NCBI GenBank assembly: GCA_000708835.1
Contig: DF237689.1
Coordinates: forward strand, 1 to 38,594
DNA length: 38,594 nucleotides
Direction: 5' to 3'
Origin: Klebsormidium nitens
Taxonomy: Eukaryota > Plantae > Klebsormidiophyceae
The notes beneath the pieces are model-generated. The model was not told the origin of the DNA and ran no database searches. It saw only the letters and a list, made by a program, of their open reading frames with translations. Made by a program: the position numbers and the translations under genes. This document shows, in pieces, positions 1 to 10,418 of this stretch. Within the stretch, counting starts at the first letter, position 1. Each line of letters opens with the position of its first letter.

Positions 1-522
1 GGCGCAGGGCTGCGCCACGGCGGCCGGGCGCGGCCCGGCCCGCGGTCTGCGTACAGATGTTGACATCAGTAGGATAGTATACGTGGCAGGTCTATCTTCG
101 GTTGCAATGCATGTTGACATTCAGTCGGCATTCATGAGGGGCATAAGGCAGTCCAATTGGCATAGCATAGGTATTTTTCCAAATTTTACGATCTAAGTTG
201 GTGCAGATTTGAAATGGTCTTAGGTCTCGGCATATAGCTTCTGGAATTGTCGCCTCAGATGACGACACAGATCTGAGCAGATTATCTCCAATGCATATGC
301 TTTTCATGCTATTATCCATTCAAGTCTGTAAGTGTGAATATGACACCATCATAAAACTTCAAAGCCGACAGCCAAATTCAATCATACGAGCTGACCACAT
401 TTTGCATACGCCGATGATTCCGAACAACATGCAATAAAAGCGGCGCCACTTTCCTAAGTTCGTCTGGACTCCGGGCTGCCTAGCTTTTGTTGGCCTGTCC
501 CCCTCGTCCGCTTATGATTATG

Positions 523-564
523 CGGCGACAGGGGTCGACTCAACAATCCCGACCCCTGTCGCCG
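523..564. other. Perfect inverted repeat (15-bp stem, 12-nt loop) upstream of the CNNM-like gene
   Basis: CGGCGACAGGGGTCG (523-537) is the exact reverse complement of CGACCCCTGTCGCCG (550-564). A 14-bp palindrome CTGTTGATCAACAG follows at 584-597. Confidence 0.85.
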
Positions 565-723
565 TTGTGACTGTAGTCAACTACTGTTGATCAACAGACT
601 GTAGATTGTCCCTACAGGCCACCAAACTGGCAAAATTTTGAGTTTGTTGGCTTCCGGCCTTCCAAAGTTCCATCCGGTGGCCTCTTTCCACAGAAGGTTC
701 ACAGGCTTGCAGCGCTGTTAACC

Positions 724-3700
724 ATGGCGGAGGACCATGTTGAAGCTGGGTCTTCTACCTTCTACGTCTACCTGGTGGTGATCGCCCTGCTCACGCTCAT
801 GTCAGGTCTCATGAGCGGGCTAACTTTGGGGTAGGTGGTTTGGGTTTGGCATCATGAAGGATCAATTGCATCCTTGCTGAGGCCAGAAAATTTTGAAAGG
901 GGCTTTCCAAAGACTTTGGTTTTGTGCTTCTTTATGATGTGGCCTGAAGGCGCCTTAGGATGAGTTCAGGATTCTTTGGGTTTCTCAATCCTGCAATGCA
1001 AGCTGCGGAAGGTAGCTAATTAGCAGGGCAACTGTAGGAATTCCGCCTGCATATCTGCTCCCCTGCACTAGCAAGCAAAACAATCCTCTCACCAGCTCGA
1101 GTTGCCATGACACTGACCAGGGTAACCAAATTGCGGTGCCACATAACTCCTCTAAAACGAGTTTTGTTCCGAAGGTCGCAAGGTTCTACTCTGGATATGA
1201 ATGCGCTGCCTACAAGGGAGCTCCTTCACAATTTCTGGTTCTTTGTATCTCGGCAGGCTCATGTCCCTGGGGCAAATGGAGCTGGAGGTTTTGAAACGAT
1301 CGGGGACTCCTCGGGAAAGGAAAAATGCAGGTTAGTTTCAATGCTCTACAGTTTCTGCTTTCTGCTTTTAGAACAGCTACATGCAAAATTACTGCTACTG
1401 AATGTATTGACAGCATCATCTCTCCTGGTCAACAGATAGTGCCGTCATCAGCACTTCTCCTCTAAATGCATAAGTGCTCTTCGACGCAACACCGGAAGTG
1501 AGAAACATGTAATAATGTTGAATCAGGGATAGCAGTAGCATCCATCTGATCAAACATGTGAAGATTCTGAAGTCAGTGCATGAGGTCGCTCTATGACTAT
1601 GTACAGAAGTCATGCATCAAGAGTTTGTAGAAGGCTTAGGACCTTCCAATGCAACACCGCAGACTGCTATGGGTGCTAGCGCGGTACCCCTTGCCACGTG
1701 CATCCTCCCTGTGGTCAGCAAGCTGCTCTTTTAAAATCAGCAGCACTACTGTGAATGTCAATGCCACAGCAACACTCATACGATACTGCTTTTAGACACA
1801 TGGTTCGTGTCCCTCTGGCAGCATGACAGAGAGACAAATTAAGTTATAAGTATTCCACCTCGTGCAGCGCGCATCATCCCAATAGTCAGCAACCAGCAAC
1901 AAGAAATTGCACCAGCCTGGTTCTTGTCTCAAGAACCGCATCACATAACTAGAAACTAATCAGAAAGGAGTATTGCCCCCTGGCATCTAGACAGAAGGAC
2001 ATTTCTTTAAAGTGAGCAATCCCCCACTTGCAGCGCGCATCATCCCCATGGTCAGCAACCAGCATTTGCTCCTGGTGACGCTCCTCATCTGCAACGCGGC
2101 GTGCATGGAGACACTGCCTATCTTTCTTGACAAGCTGCTGTCTCCGGTTTTCGCCATTGTCATCTCGGTCACGCTCATCCTCTTCTTTGGCGAGGTGAGG
2201 CCCAAGCCACAGATGAGATGCTAAGGGTCCCCATTTTGTTTGTGCCTTTGTTCGTGAGTGGTTCTCTATGAAGAGAAAGCCTGTTGGGAATGTGAAAGTG
2301 AAACTAGCTGTAATCCTGGTGTTTGGCAGAGTGAGGCCAGGTCTAAGAGCCATTTGCTGCTTGTCTCATTCTGCTGGATGGATGTGCCCTGCGTAATTCT
2401 GCTGTTAGACCAACAACCATGATCCTTCTTTTGACTGGCCAGGTCACTGCAGGTCTGCATTTTCAACTTTGTTCTTACCACTCAATCCCGGGGTTGGAAG
2501 ACATCGCACCAGGCCTCCTCTTGACTGTTTGCTTAGTGCACTGATATAGTTGTCTATATCAGTGGAGCAGTGAGGGAGAAGTTGCTTTTTAGTGCGGCTC
2601 TGCGAGCGAAATTGTGGCCGATGAACAATGGGCAGGGGAGCATTTCAAGACGCCTTTCCGTTGCCACTCTGCCTCTCTCTCTCAGGGATCTGCAACTGCT
2701 TAACAACACCTCTTTTGTTTGTTCCTGCAGATTATTCCCCAGGCAATCTGCTCCCGCTACGGGCTGGCCATTGGCGCGAAGATTTCGTGGTTTGTGTGGA
2801 CCCTCATGGGGCTGTGCTTCGTCATTGCGTGGCCCATCAGCAAGGTAAATGTCCTCTAGCATTGGTCGTTGACAAATATTGGCAAGGTGAAGTCAACTTT
2901 GACTACAAGAGAACCAAGGCACTTGGCACAAAGCCGAGGAAAATATGGGAGAGACGTGCTTTTGAAGACCATCTGGTCTTAACAACTGGAAGACTGTACA
3001 GTACAGTTTGATCAGGCGGCCTCTGGGGCTTCCTTATTATCTCCTTCCTCTCTGCATAGCTTCTTACTGAGACACAGATTCCTGTGTGGCTTTTGCACCA
3101 ACTCTCTTTGGTTGCCAATCGCTGGGCGATGGCAAGTACACCTTTTGTGCAGAGGTTGAGGTTTGTCGATTGATTGGAAGCAGACTAAAGAAGGAAGCTA
3201 CTCAAGAAATTGACCAGATTGTTAAAAGCTTCGAGAATCTCTATAATCTCTTATTAAAGCAGAGCCGCGAGCGCATTGTTCAGGCTGGCAAGTTTCGAGT
3301 CAGTGCGATTTCGATCTAGATGGCAGTTGTTCGACTAAGTGCTGGGCCACCACAAGACGGGTAAAGCCGCGGTTCCTGGTCCTCCTTCCTGTCACCTTCT
3401 TCACGTTCTTTTTCTCCCTATTTGCGATGTCCGGCGAGTTCTGTGCAGTTGCTGGACTATTTGTTGGGCCACAACAAGACGGGCCTGATGCTCTGCAACC
3501 AGCTCAAGGCTCTCGCCAAAGGCGCTCGCCACCTCCTAACCTCCCCTTCTTCTTTCTTTTTGGTTTCTTATCCTCTGACGCTCCTTGTGCAGTTTTTGGA
3601 ATCTTCTGACGTTCCTTGTGCAGTTGCTGGACTACTTGCTGGGCCACGACAAGACGGGCCTGATGCCCCGCAACCAGCTCAAGGCGCTCGCCACATCCTA

Positions 3701-6700
3701 ACCTCCCCTTCTTTCTTCTTTTTGGTTTCTTATCCTCTGACGTTCCTTGTGCAGTTGCTGGACTACTTGCTGGGCCACGACAAGACAGGGCTAATGCGTG
3801 CCACCAGATGAAGGGGCGCTTCTTTTGCTCTCCGCACTTTCTACTCTTGACCACAACTACTCTTGGTCTCTAGTTTTGTGTTCAATATCCGGCGGACTTC
3901 GTGCAGTTGTTGGATTACTTGCTGGGCCACGACAAGACGGGCCTGATGCGCCGCAACCAGCTCAAGGCCCTCGTGTCGATCCACAACCAGGACGCGGGCC
4001 AGGGGGGCGAGCTCACAACCGACGAGACCACCATCATTTCGGGCGCCCTGGAGCTGGCTGGCAAGGTGCGCCGATCGGACTGAGTCGTTTCATACTTTAC
4101 GCTTCGAAGAGGCCTGTTTGGTTTCGCGCTAATTGTCTAAGAAAGAAGTCGTCTTCAGGTTTGTCTAGAAAGAAGTCGGCTTCTGAATGAACGCTTCGCC
4201 GAACATGCTTGGTTCCACTTTAGTGGACTGAAATTTCGAAGTCGGCGGCGAATCGGGCGATCGATCGGACATGTTTGAGTCAACATAAGTAGAATTGGGA
4301 GAAAGGAGGTCGGCTTTTGGTAAGACGTTTTTTAAGGAACCCTCCGACGTTCCACACTCGTGGGACTGCAGGAATGAAAGTCAATCCTTCCGTAAACTAT
4401 TTTTTTTGACACACTGACGTGGCTGCCGTCGGATGCTCAGAAGATGCTCTATATATTCAAGACCCTGCGCTTTGGAGACTTTGTCCTTCTGATGCAGTTT
4501 GTGGTCGAAGAAACCCGGAATTGTGCACAAAAACAAGCGTTTTTGGGGTCAGGACGATTGTCTATAGTGTTTCTTGAAGGATTGAGAAAAGCGAAGCTTT
4601 GTTTCGGTATATGGACGTTCCGCTGCTCCAAGTCTCCACGATCTGGAGTAGTGGACAATTTTGAAATTTTGAAGGTCTGAATTGGCAGAGTGCATGGAGG
4701 GCCGAAAGCCGCCCGAATGCGTTCCGCTACTCCGACTCTCGACGATCTGGAATAGAGGACGATCAGGAAACCATGCAAAACCTCTCCATTATTGTTACAT
4801 TCGAATGTCCTTCTACTTCTCCCGCAGACGGCGGGTGAGGCGATGACGCCCATTGAGTCGACGTATGCGCTGGACCTGCAGTCGCACCTGGACTGGGACA
4901 CCATGTTCAAGATCCAGTCCACGGGGCACAGCCGCATCCCCGTTTACTCGGGTTCGCCAACCAACATCATTGGCATCCTGCTGGTGGGTATCTCAAGAGA
5001 TTGCGTCCGCTAAGTGTTCTTGTTACCTTTTTCGACGGCTGGTTTCGCAGAGTCCAGTTCAAGCATGCGGTCAGCTCTTCTCTATGCGAAAGCAAAGCGA
5101 AGCGCAGCTGAGTGAGTTTTTATCCTTCGCTCGTTGATTGATACTTCGCTATCTTGATGAGCAGACATGCGACCACTATTTTTCTTTTTCTCGGTTTCTG
5201 AGCTCTGCTAAGTGTCGCTCACAGGCTGTACAACATCTGCTTGCTCAGATGCTGAGAGCTGACCTCACTATGCTCTTATCTGCTGCAAAGTGAACATGCG
5301 TCCGTGCTTCTCGAGAACCTAATTGCAGATTGCTGGGGCTTTCTGCTTCGGTTTGTTCCTCGACATCACTCGTCATGAGTTCTTGCCTTTATCGTAGGTG
5401 GTCCCATCACCAAACGCAGAACCACCAATCCTTCTGAAAATCGGCGACTTTCAATTTAGCGCCTGTCAAGTGCGCATTTTAAGAACGAATATTGCTTGGC
5501 ATGCCGTTCCCTATTTAAGACTTCTGCTCCTGAGTCCAGGCCCCTTCTTGATGTCTTCTAACTTGCGCAAGTTGAACCCCCTTCCCGCAGACGAAGAATC
5601 TGCTGACGGTGCGCCCTGAGGAGAAGACCCCCCTCTACAAGCTGCCCATTCGGCGCATCCCGCGCGTGACTGAGAGCATGCCGCTCTTCGACCTCCTCAA
5701 CGAGTTCCAAAAGGGTCATTCGCACATGGCCATCGTCGTGCGGTGAGAAGGCCCGTCCCAAAGCGTTTAGTCTTCTCAACTGTCGTCCAATAAGTCCTGG
5801 TGTAAGTTTGTCCGCTTCCGACAGGTTCTGGCTGGGCACACGCCGCATTCGACTTCCTCGACGAGTTTCAAAAGGGCATTTCCACATGGCAAAAGTGCTA
5901 GGATTTGTGACCCTTGAGTGTGTCCAGCCAGCTGGTTTTGCTTTTTGTATCATGTGCGTCTGCTTCGTTGGATGCTGGCCGAGAGCCTGCCGCTCTGTGA
6001 CCTCCTGAGCGCGTTCTAAAAGCCGTTTAGACATGGTCATCAGTGTTGGCTGACGGACGCTCGTTCATGTTCGCGCACGCGTGTGTCCGAAATAGTCCGC
6101 ACGGACCTTGTGGGAGTCCCAATGGGATTCAAAGCTTGTATGCTGTCGTCGATTTCCGCGTGCATTACCATGCCAACAGGTGCGCGGACGCACTCCCCGG
6201 TTGCAGGGGAGGACTCTCTTTCAGTGCCACTCTTCACGCTTGCGTTTACTCGTGGTTTCAACTCCTGGGATCTTCTTTTACAAGTTTCTTCCTTTTTGCA
6301 CAGGCATCGTGACAACACCGTCCCGCGCATGGCCCCCAAGTCCACCGCCAACTCCTACATCCGCAGCCACAGCATGAACCACGTGGCAGCCGCTCCGAAC
6401 GCCCCGGTCGCCCTCGACCCTTCTTCCCCGCCCGTCAAGCGACCTCCCCCGTTGGACGCGGCCGGAAACAGGCTCTCGGTCCGAGTCCCCAGTTCGGACA
6501 GTCCGAAGTCCGCCGAGCTCACGCGGAAGAACAGTTATAAGAGCGTGGAAGTTCTGGACGTGACCCGGTTGGTGCCCGGGGGAAAGATTAGTGTCGAAAA
6601 CGGCGACCGGGAGAGTCAACCGGGGTTGGATCCGCTGCCCGAGGACCAGAAGTGCCGCCCAGGAAGCTCCAACCAGTCAAGTCGAACGTCGCGATGGCGG

Positions 6701-8299
6701 GGATTCTGGGCCCGCTGCTCGGCCCGGGTTTGGAGGGTTTGACGGAGGCGCAGCGCGCGGCGCTCCCGCCGCAAGAACCGGGGACCGAGGCGGCGGTCCT
6801 CAACACGCCGCCGATAACCGTTGCTCAGGCCGTAAGTAACTCTCCGGGGGCTCTGGAGTCGGGCGTTATTCACCCCCCCGGGGCAGCGATTGGGAGCGTG
6901 GGGGATCCCTCTGTAGAAGGGAGCGGAAAGAGTCGGCACGGGGCGAAGCGGTGGAATCACAACACGCAGAGGATCGAGGACTTGGACGGAGAGCTTGCGA
7001 TGTGGGCTGCACGGGACGAGGAAGTGGTTGGGATTATCACGCTGGAGGACGTGATTGAGGAGCTGCTGCAAGAGGAGATTATCGACGAGACGGACGAGTT
7101 TGTGGACGTTGCCAACCAGTGAGTAATTATATTGCGCATTTCTCTCTGGGCGTCCTTATCGTTTCTTAGCAACCACGAATAGATACGAGTGCCGTACAGT
7201 TCGTATGAGCAGTTGCTTGCAGACTGGGTGTTGATGACGTTGAAGAGCTTGTGAAGGAGCAATCCGAAAGCGTGACTTCAGGTTTCGACTGATCTGAAGT
7301 GTCCGGCAACTCTTGTGAAGCTCTCCGAATGTGTCCGGAGTGACCGTAGGTCACTACATGGTGTCTGCTATAATCCTGGTACTCGCTCAGAACTTGGGCG
7401 GAGTCATGATTTTACTGATGGCAATCTTTATTCCAACGCACGGATCTGACCAACGCGGTTGATTTCTCGTAGCTTGTGAGTCGTCCTCTTCTTTCTCAAC
7501 GCTGTGAACAAGCTCGGTTGCTTAAAGCGGGCATAAGAAATACTTTGTCACTTTCCTATCGGTGCCGTTTTAAAGTCTGCTAGTGCTTGCGCATCCCGCT
7601 TGTTACAAACGGCCCTCGAAACGCCAAATGTCAGTACTCCAAAGGTTGCTTTTCGAGTAGCGTTTGGCCTTCGCTTGCAGGATCCGCGTGACCCGTACGG
7701 CGATGGCGAAGCACCCGATTGGCGCGGTGCGAAAACTCATGCGGCCTTCGTCGCCCTCACGCGAGGTAACTTTTGCTTAAGGCCGTTAGCTTGGTCGCAT
7801 CTCGTTCACGATGGTTTGGTTCTTCGTGTCAGTCTGGACTAGACCGCAGCATAGATCAGTGCATGTAACCTCGCATCTGCTCTGCCCTAATAGCAAGGCT
7901 GCAAATGTTCTTTCCTCAAAAAAAATTGTGGGGCACTGGAGTACCCTGGTCTTAAACAGAGGATCCGCAGCACTCCGAAGATTGACACTCAAACACGCTT
8001 TCAGGCCCCAACACATGCATGCGCTTGCTATTATACAGCGTTTCTCTTGGGCTAGGGCGAATCCCCTTTGCTGTGCGTCGAAACTCTTGTGAAACAGGGC
8101 TCTAATCTCGCTCGAAAATGTCGCTCCTGCGAAGTGTCTGCTGTTTGCTACTTCGCTCGCCTTCCTTACAGCTTGCTTTGCGGTTTCTAAAAGAGTCTCG
8201 TAACTCTTTTCCTGGCAGACGGACAGCCCATCAAGAGTTGACTCCACTCCGCTCAGTCAAGGGGATCCCTCCCATGTTGCCCTGAATATTGATTCTTGA
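724..8299 (+). CDS. CNNM/DUF21 transmembrane domain plus CBS-pair protein (plant DUF21-CBS family, putative Mg2+/metal transporter), 10 exons, about 634 aa if one base is restored
   Basis: Exons 724-830, 1257-1330, 2034-2194, 2731-2844, 3907-4065, 4828-4983, 5591-5742, 6304-7118, 7681-7765, 8219-8299 (last exon least certain). All are GT-AG and phase-consistent apart from a -1 frameshift near 6652. Family motifs: [102 protein letters not shown]. Confidence 0.93.
1409..1898 (+). repeat. Decayed copies of the CNNM exon-3 acceptor/5' end inside intron 2
   Basis: GCAGCGCGCATCATCCCAATAGTCAGCAACCAGCA (1864-1898) matches the true exon start GCAGCGCGCATCATCCCCATGGTCAGCAACCAGCA (2030-2064). Weaker copies lie near 1700 (GCATCCTCCCTGTGGTCAGCAAG), 1413 (GCATCATCTCTCCTGGTCAACAG) and possibly 1538. 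Confidence 0.75.
3324..3811 (+). repeat. Tandem decoy copies of acceptor plus first part of CNNM exon 5 (pseudo-exons)
   Basis: CAG|TTG(C/T)T(G/C)GA(C/T)TA..TGCTGGGCCAC(G/A/C)ACAAGAC units start at 3327, 3449, 3624 and 3755, with an acceptor stub near 3592. The complete exon starts at 3907. Every decoy reaches a stop codon. Confidence 0.95.
5848..5890 (+). repeat. Decayed copy of the 3' end of CNNM exon 7 in intron 7
   Basis: TTCGACTTCCTCGACGAGTTTCAAAAGGG-CATTTCCACATGGC versus exon 5687-5730 TTCGACCTCCTCAACGAGTTCCAAAAGGGTCATTCGCACATGGC: 38/44 identical by hand with a 1-nt deletion. Confidence 0.9.
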
Positions 8300-9207
8300 C
8301 GGCAGAAGTGGTGCAACCAGTTAGAAAGTAGGACATTAATCTCAGGGTTTCCAGGACGCATGGTCCGCGTACTGGCCTTGTGAGCTTATTGCCGTAGGAT
8401 ACTAGTGAGTAGCTAGAGACAGAATTGGTTTCCTGTGACATCGCATGTTGAGTTGTAGATTGACAATGTTCACGCCGCTGCAAGGCGGCTGGTGTCTCTG
8501 CATGAGACTTGAATCAGGTACGAGGTAGAAAGGAGTTACTCACTTACAGCTTTCAGTGAGTTGCGTACACATACGCTTAACGATCACATTTGGACGGCAC
8601 GCATCACTTATAGTACCATCTTTGATTCCGCAAGATGAGATTCCTGGCGGCTGCTGCTTGCCTCATGCCCGGCATGTAGATGCACGGCCGCGCCGCCTGC
8701 CTGCCCGTATTAGTGACTGGTCCAGACCATGGGTTTGCATGCAGTTAGATAGATGTTAACCATACAATCAATCAAGCCCAAAAGTCGGACCGCGCGTTTA
8801 AGCCATGTACTTAGTCTATCTGTTAATTTTGTGCTTAGTGCAAGGCCCGCGATCAAGACGCATCCTGCGCCAGTACACGCACACGTGCATGCGGGGCCAG
8901 AGGCATATCACATGTGGATATACTCCCTTTGAATCATGGATACGCTGCACCGCCGCGCTGCATGAAAACTACCAATGGAGTTTTTAGCGGATAGTGCAGG
9001 CTCTGGCTAGCTTAGAGTTCTTGCGGCACCCGATGCTATCGTTATACTGAAGACGCCAACGACTTCTACAACATTGAGCCTCGGCTCCAGCGCACTCCAA
9101 TCCACGGCCCAAGAAGGCCAACAGGCACCCTTTTCCTTCCCTTGGACCCCGCCAGCTTCCCATACTCTTAGCCTCTCAGTCTGCTTGGCTCCTGGCAAAC
9201 GACACGG

Positions 9208-10131
9208 TCACATAGATGGCATAAGATGCAAAATTCTGGAGTCATCCGGGGTGGAAGACGGCTGGACCTTCAGTTGGAGGGTACCGCCAAGGTGCAAAGC
9301 CTCGTCTCGCCAATCATCTCCTGGGTCCGGGTCTATAAGGCCGTCGAGAGCCCCACTCCGGAACCGTGTGACGGGCAAAGTGCCGTGGGCGTGATCTCGC
9401 GCTTCTAGTTCGAAGAGCTCCAAGCTCAAGGCACCGCAAATGCAGCCGGGCCTTACACCTTGCTCGTTGCTATGAATATTATGATGGTGTTTATCATGCT
9501 GTAAGTCGGGCGTGCAGCGCTGTTCCCTTGCCTGCACTACTGGCTTCTTGAAGAGCTCAATGGAGTAGACTGGCTGCAGCTCAAGTCCTAGCATCCTTAG
9601 GCAATGCTCCTGAAAGACTCGCCCCCGAAACTCGTAGACATCGCTTTTCCTCAAGGATGTGCCAGCATCGTCTGATTGGATGCTCCATAAGTGAAGGCTT
9701 CCTTGCAGTCTGACTAGGATCAGGAACCGTCTGCCTAGCACAGCTCTCAAACTTGCATCCTCCGTACTGACAGCTTCTCCGTCCACACCCTTCCATTCAA
9801 ATATGCCCCTCGGATGGCTACATTCAAGGCGACTATATGCATCAGCCGCCTTCTGCGCGGCATACTGCGCCGCCACTAGCTGTCTGTAGCCGCCTAGGGA
9901 TAATTGGATCAGTGCATCCAGCTTCGCGCTCTGTTCTTGACACTTCTGTTTGTCAGAGCCTTTGATCCTTGAGCCATGGAACACATCCTTCCAGATTTCA
10001 GCTCTGGTCACGTCTCGGTGGAGGGCCTTGTTGGCGCAGGCTGCGTGCAGCAGGGAGGGCAGGTCTTCGACTGCCAGCTTGTGAAAGATTATCAGCAGGA
10101 TTTCAGTTGGAAGATTCTCCATGGCAGCCAT
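9208..10131 (-). CDS. Lineage-specific F-box-like protein (copy 1), 307 aa, single exon
   Basis: The N-terminus MENLPTEILLIIFHKLAVEDLPSLLHAACANKALHR..EIWKDVF resembles an F-box motif. It shares SAKLDA..LGGY and RFL..VRLQG.L.LW blocks with paralogs in the window. Confidence 0.75.
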   Translation of the reverse strand: MAAMENLPTEILLIIFHKLAVEDLPSLLHAACANKALHRDVTRAEIWKDVFHGSRIKGSDKQKCQEQSAKLDALIQLSLGGYRQLVAAQYAAQKAADAYSRLECSHPRGIFEWKGVDGEAVSTEDASLRAVLGRRFLILVRLQGSLHLWSIQSDDAGTSLRKSDVYEFRGRVFQEHCLRMLGLELQPVYSIELFKKPVVQAREQRCTPDLQHDKHHHNIHSNEQGVRPGCICGALSLELFELEARDHAHGTLPVTRFRSGALDGLIDPDPGDDWRDEALHLGGTLQLKVQPSSTPDDSRILHLMPSM

Positions 10132-10418
10132 GGCGCGCTTATAACTACTTCAATCTTGACGCTTAAAGTTTGCGTGGGGTGCGGGAGCAGCTAGGAATCG
10201 CGCCAGATGGAGAGGTTTGGGTGATGGGCGCGGCGCGTCCGGCGCGATCGCGCGCGCGCAGTGGCATAGCAATGCAGCCTGGGCTTCGCGGCCGCTACCC
10301 GATGCGGCCGCCATCGTGGCTAAACCTCTCTAGCCGCGGCGGCGGCCGCCGACTCTGCCGTGCCGCTCGATTGAGTCTGTTTGCAGAGCTGTCAAAAGTA
10401 CTGGTAAGCGGTAGCGCC
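10132..10418. promoter_or_regulatory. Putative bidirectional promoter between head-to-head F-box-like copies 1 and 2
   Basis: 287-bp GC/CpG-rich spacer between divergent ATGs (10131 minus, 10419 plus). It contains two GCGGCCGC motifs and a GCGCGC run. The promoter function is inferred from position only. Confidence 0.45.

Noticed and set aside
523-580. Hairpin as a Helitron 3' terminus
   Set aside because: No CTRR end follows at the expected distance, and no matching 5' TC end or Rep/helicase remnant was seen.
3324-3971. CRISPR-like repeat-spacer array
   Set aside because: The repeats are copies of a eukaryotic splice acceptor and exon start, the spacers resemble each other, unit lengths are 120-175 bp, and no cas genes are present.
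3422-4190. ORFs 3422-3811, 3427-3609, 3504-3854 and 3798-4190 as independent genes
   Set aside because: They are by-products of the exon-5 decoy array and its antisense strand.
4133-4318. Short direct repeats GAAAGAAGTCG(G/T)CTT in intron 5
   Set aside because: Only two good and one or two poor copies. Compatible with local slippage, with no further structure.
6832-6837. Consensus donor GTAAGT inside CNNM exon 8
   Set aside because: The frame is open through it and I found no in-phase acceptor with a pyrimidine tract before the conserved block. It also lies downstream of the frameshift and cannot fix it.
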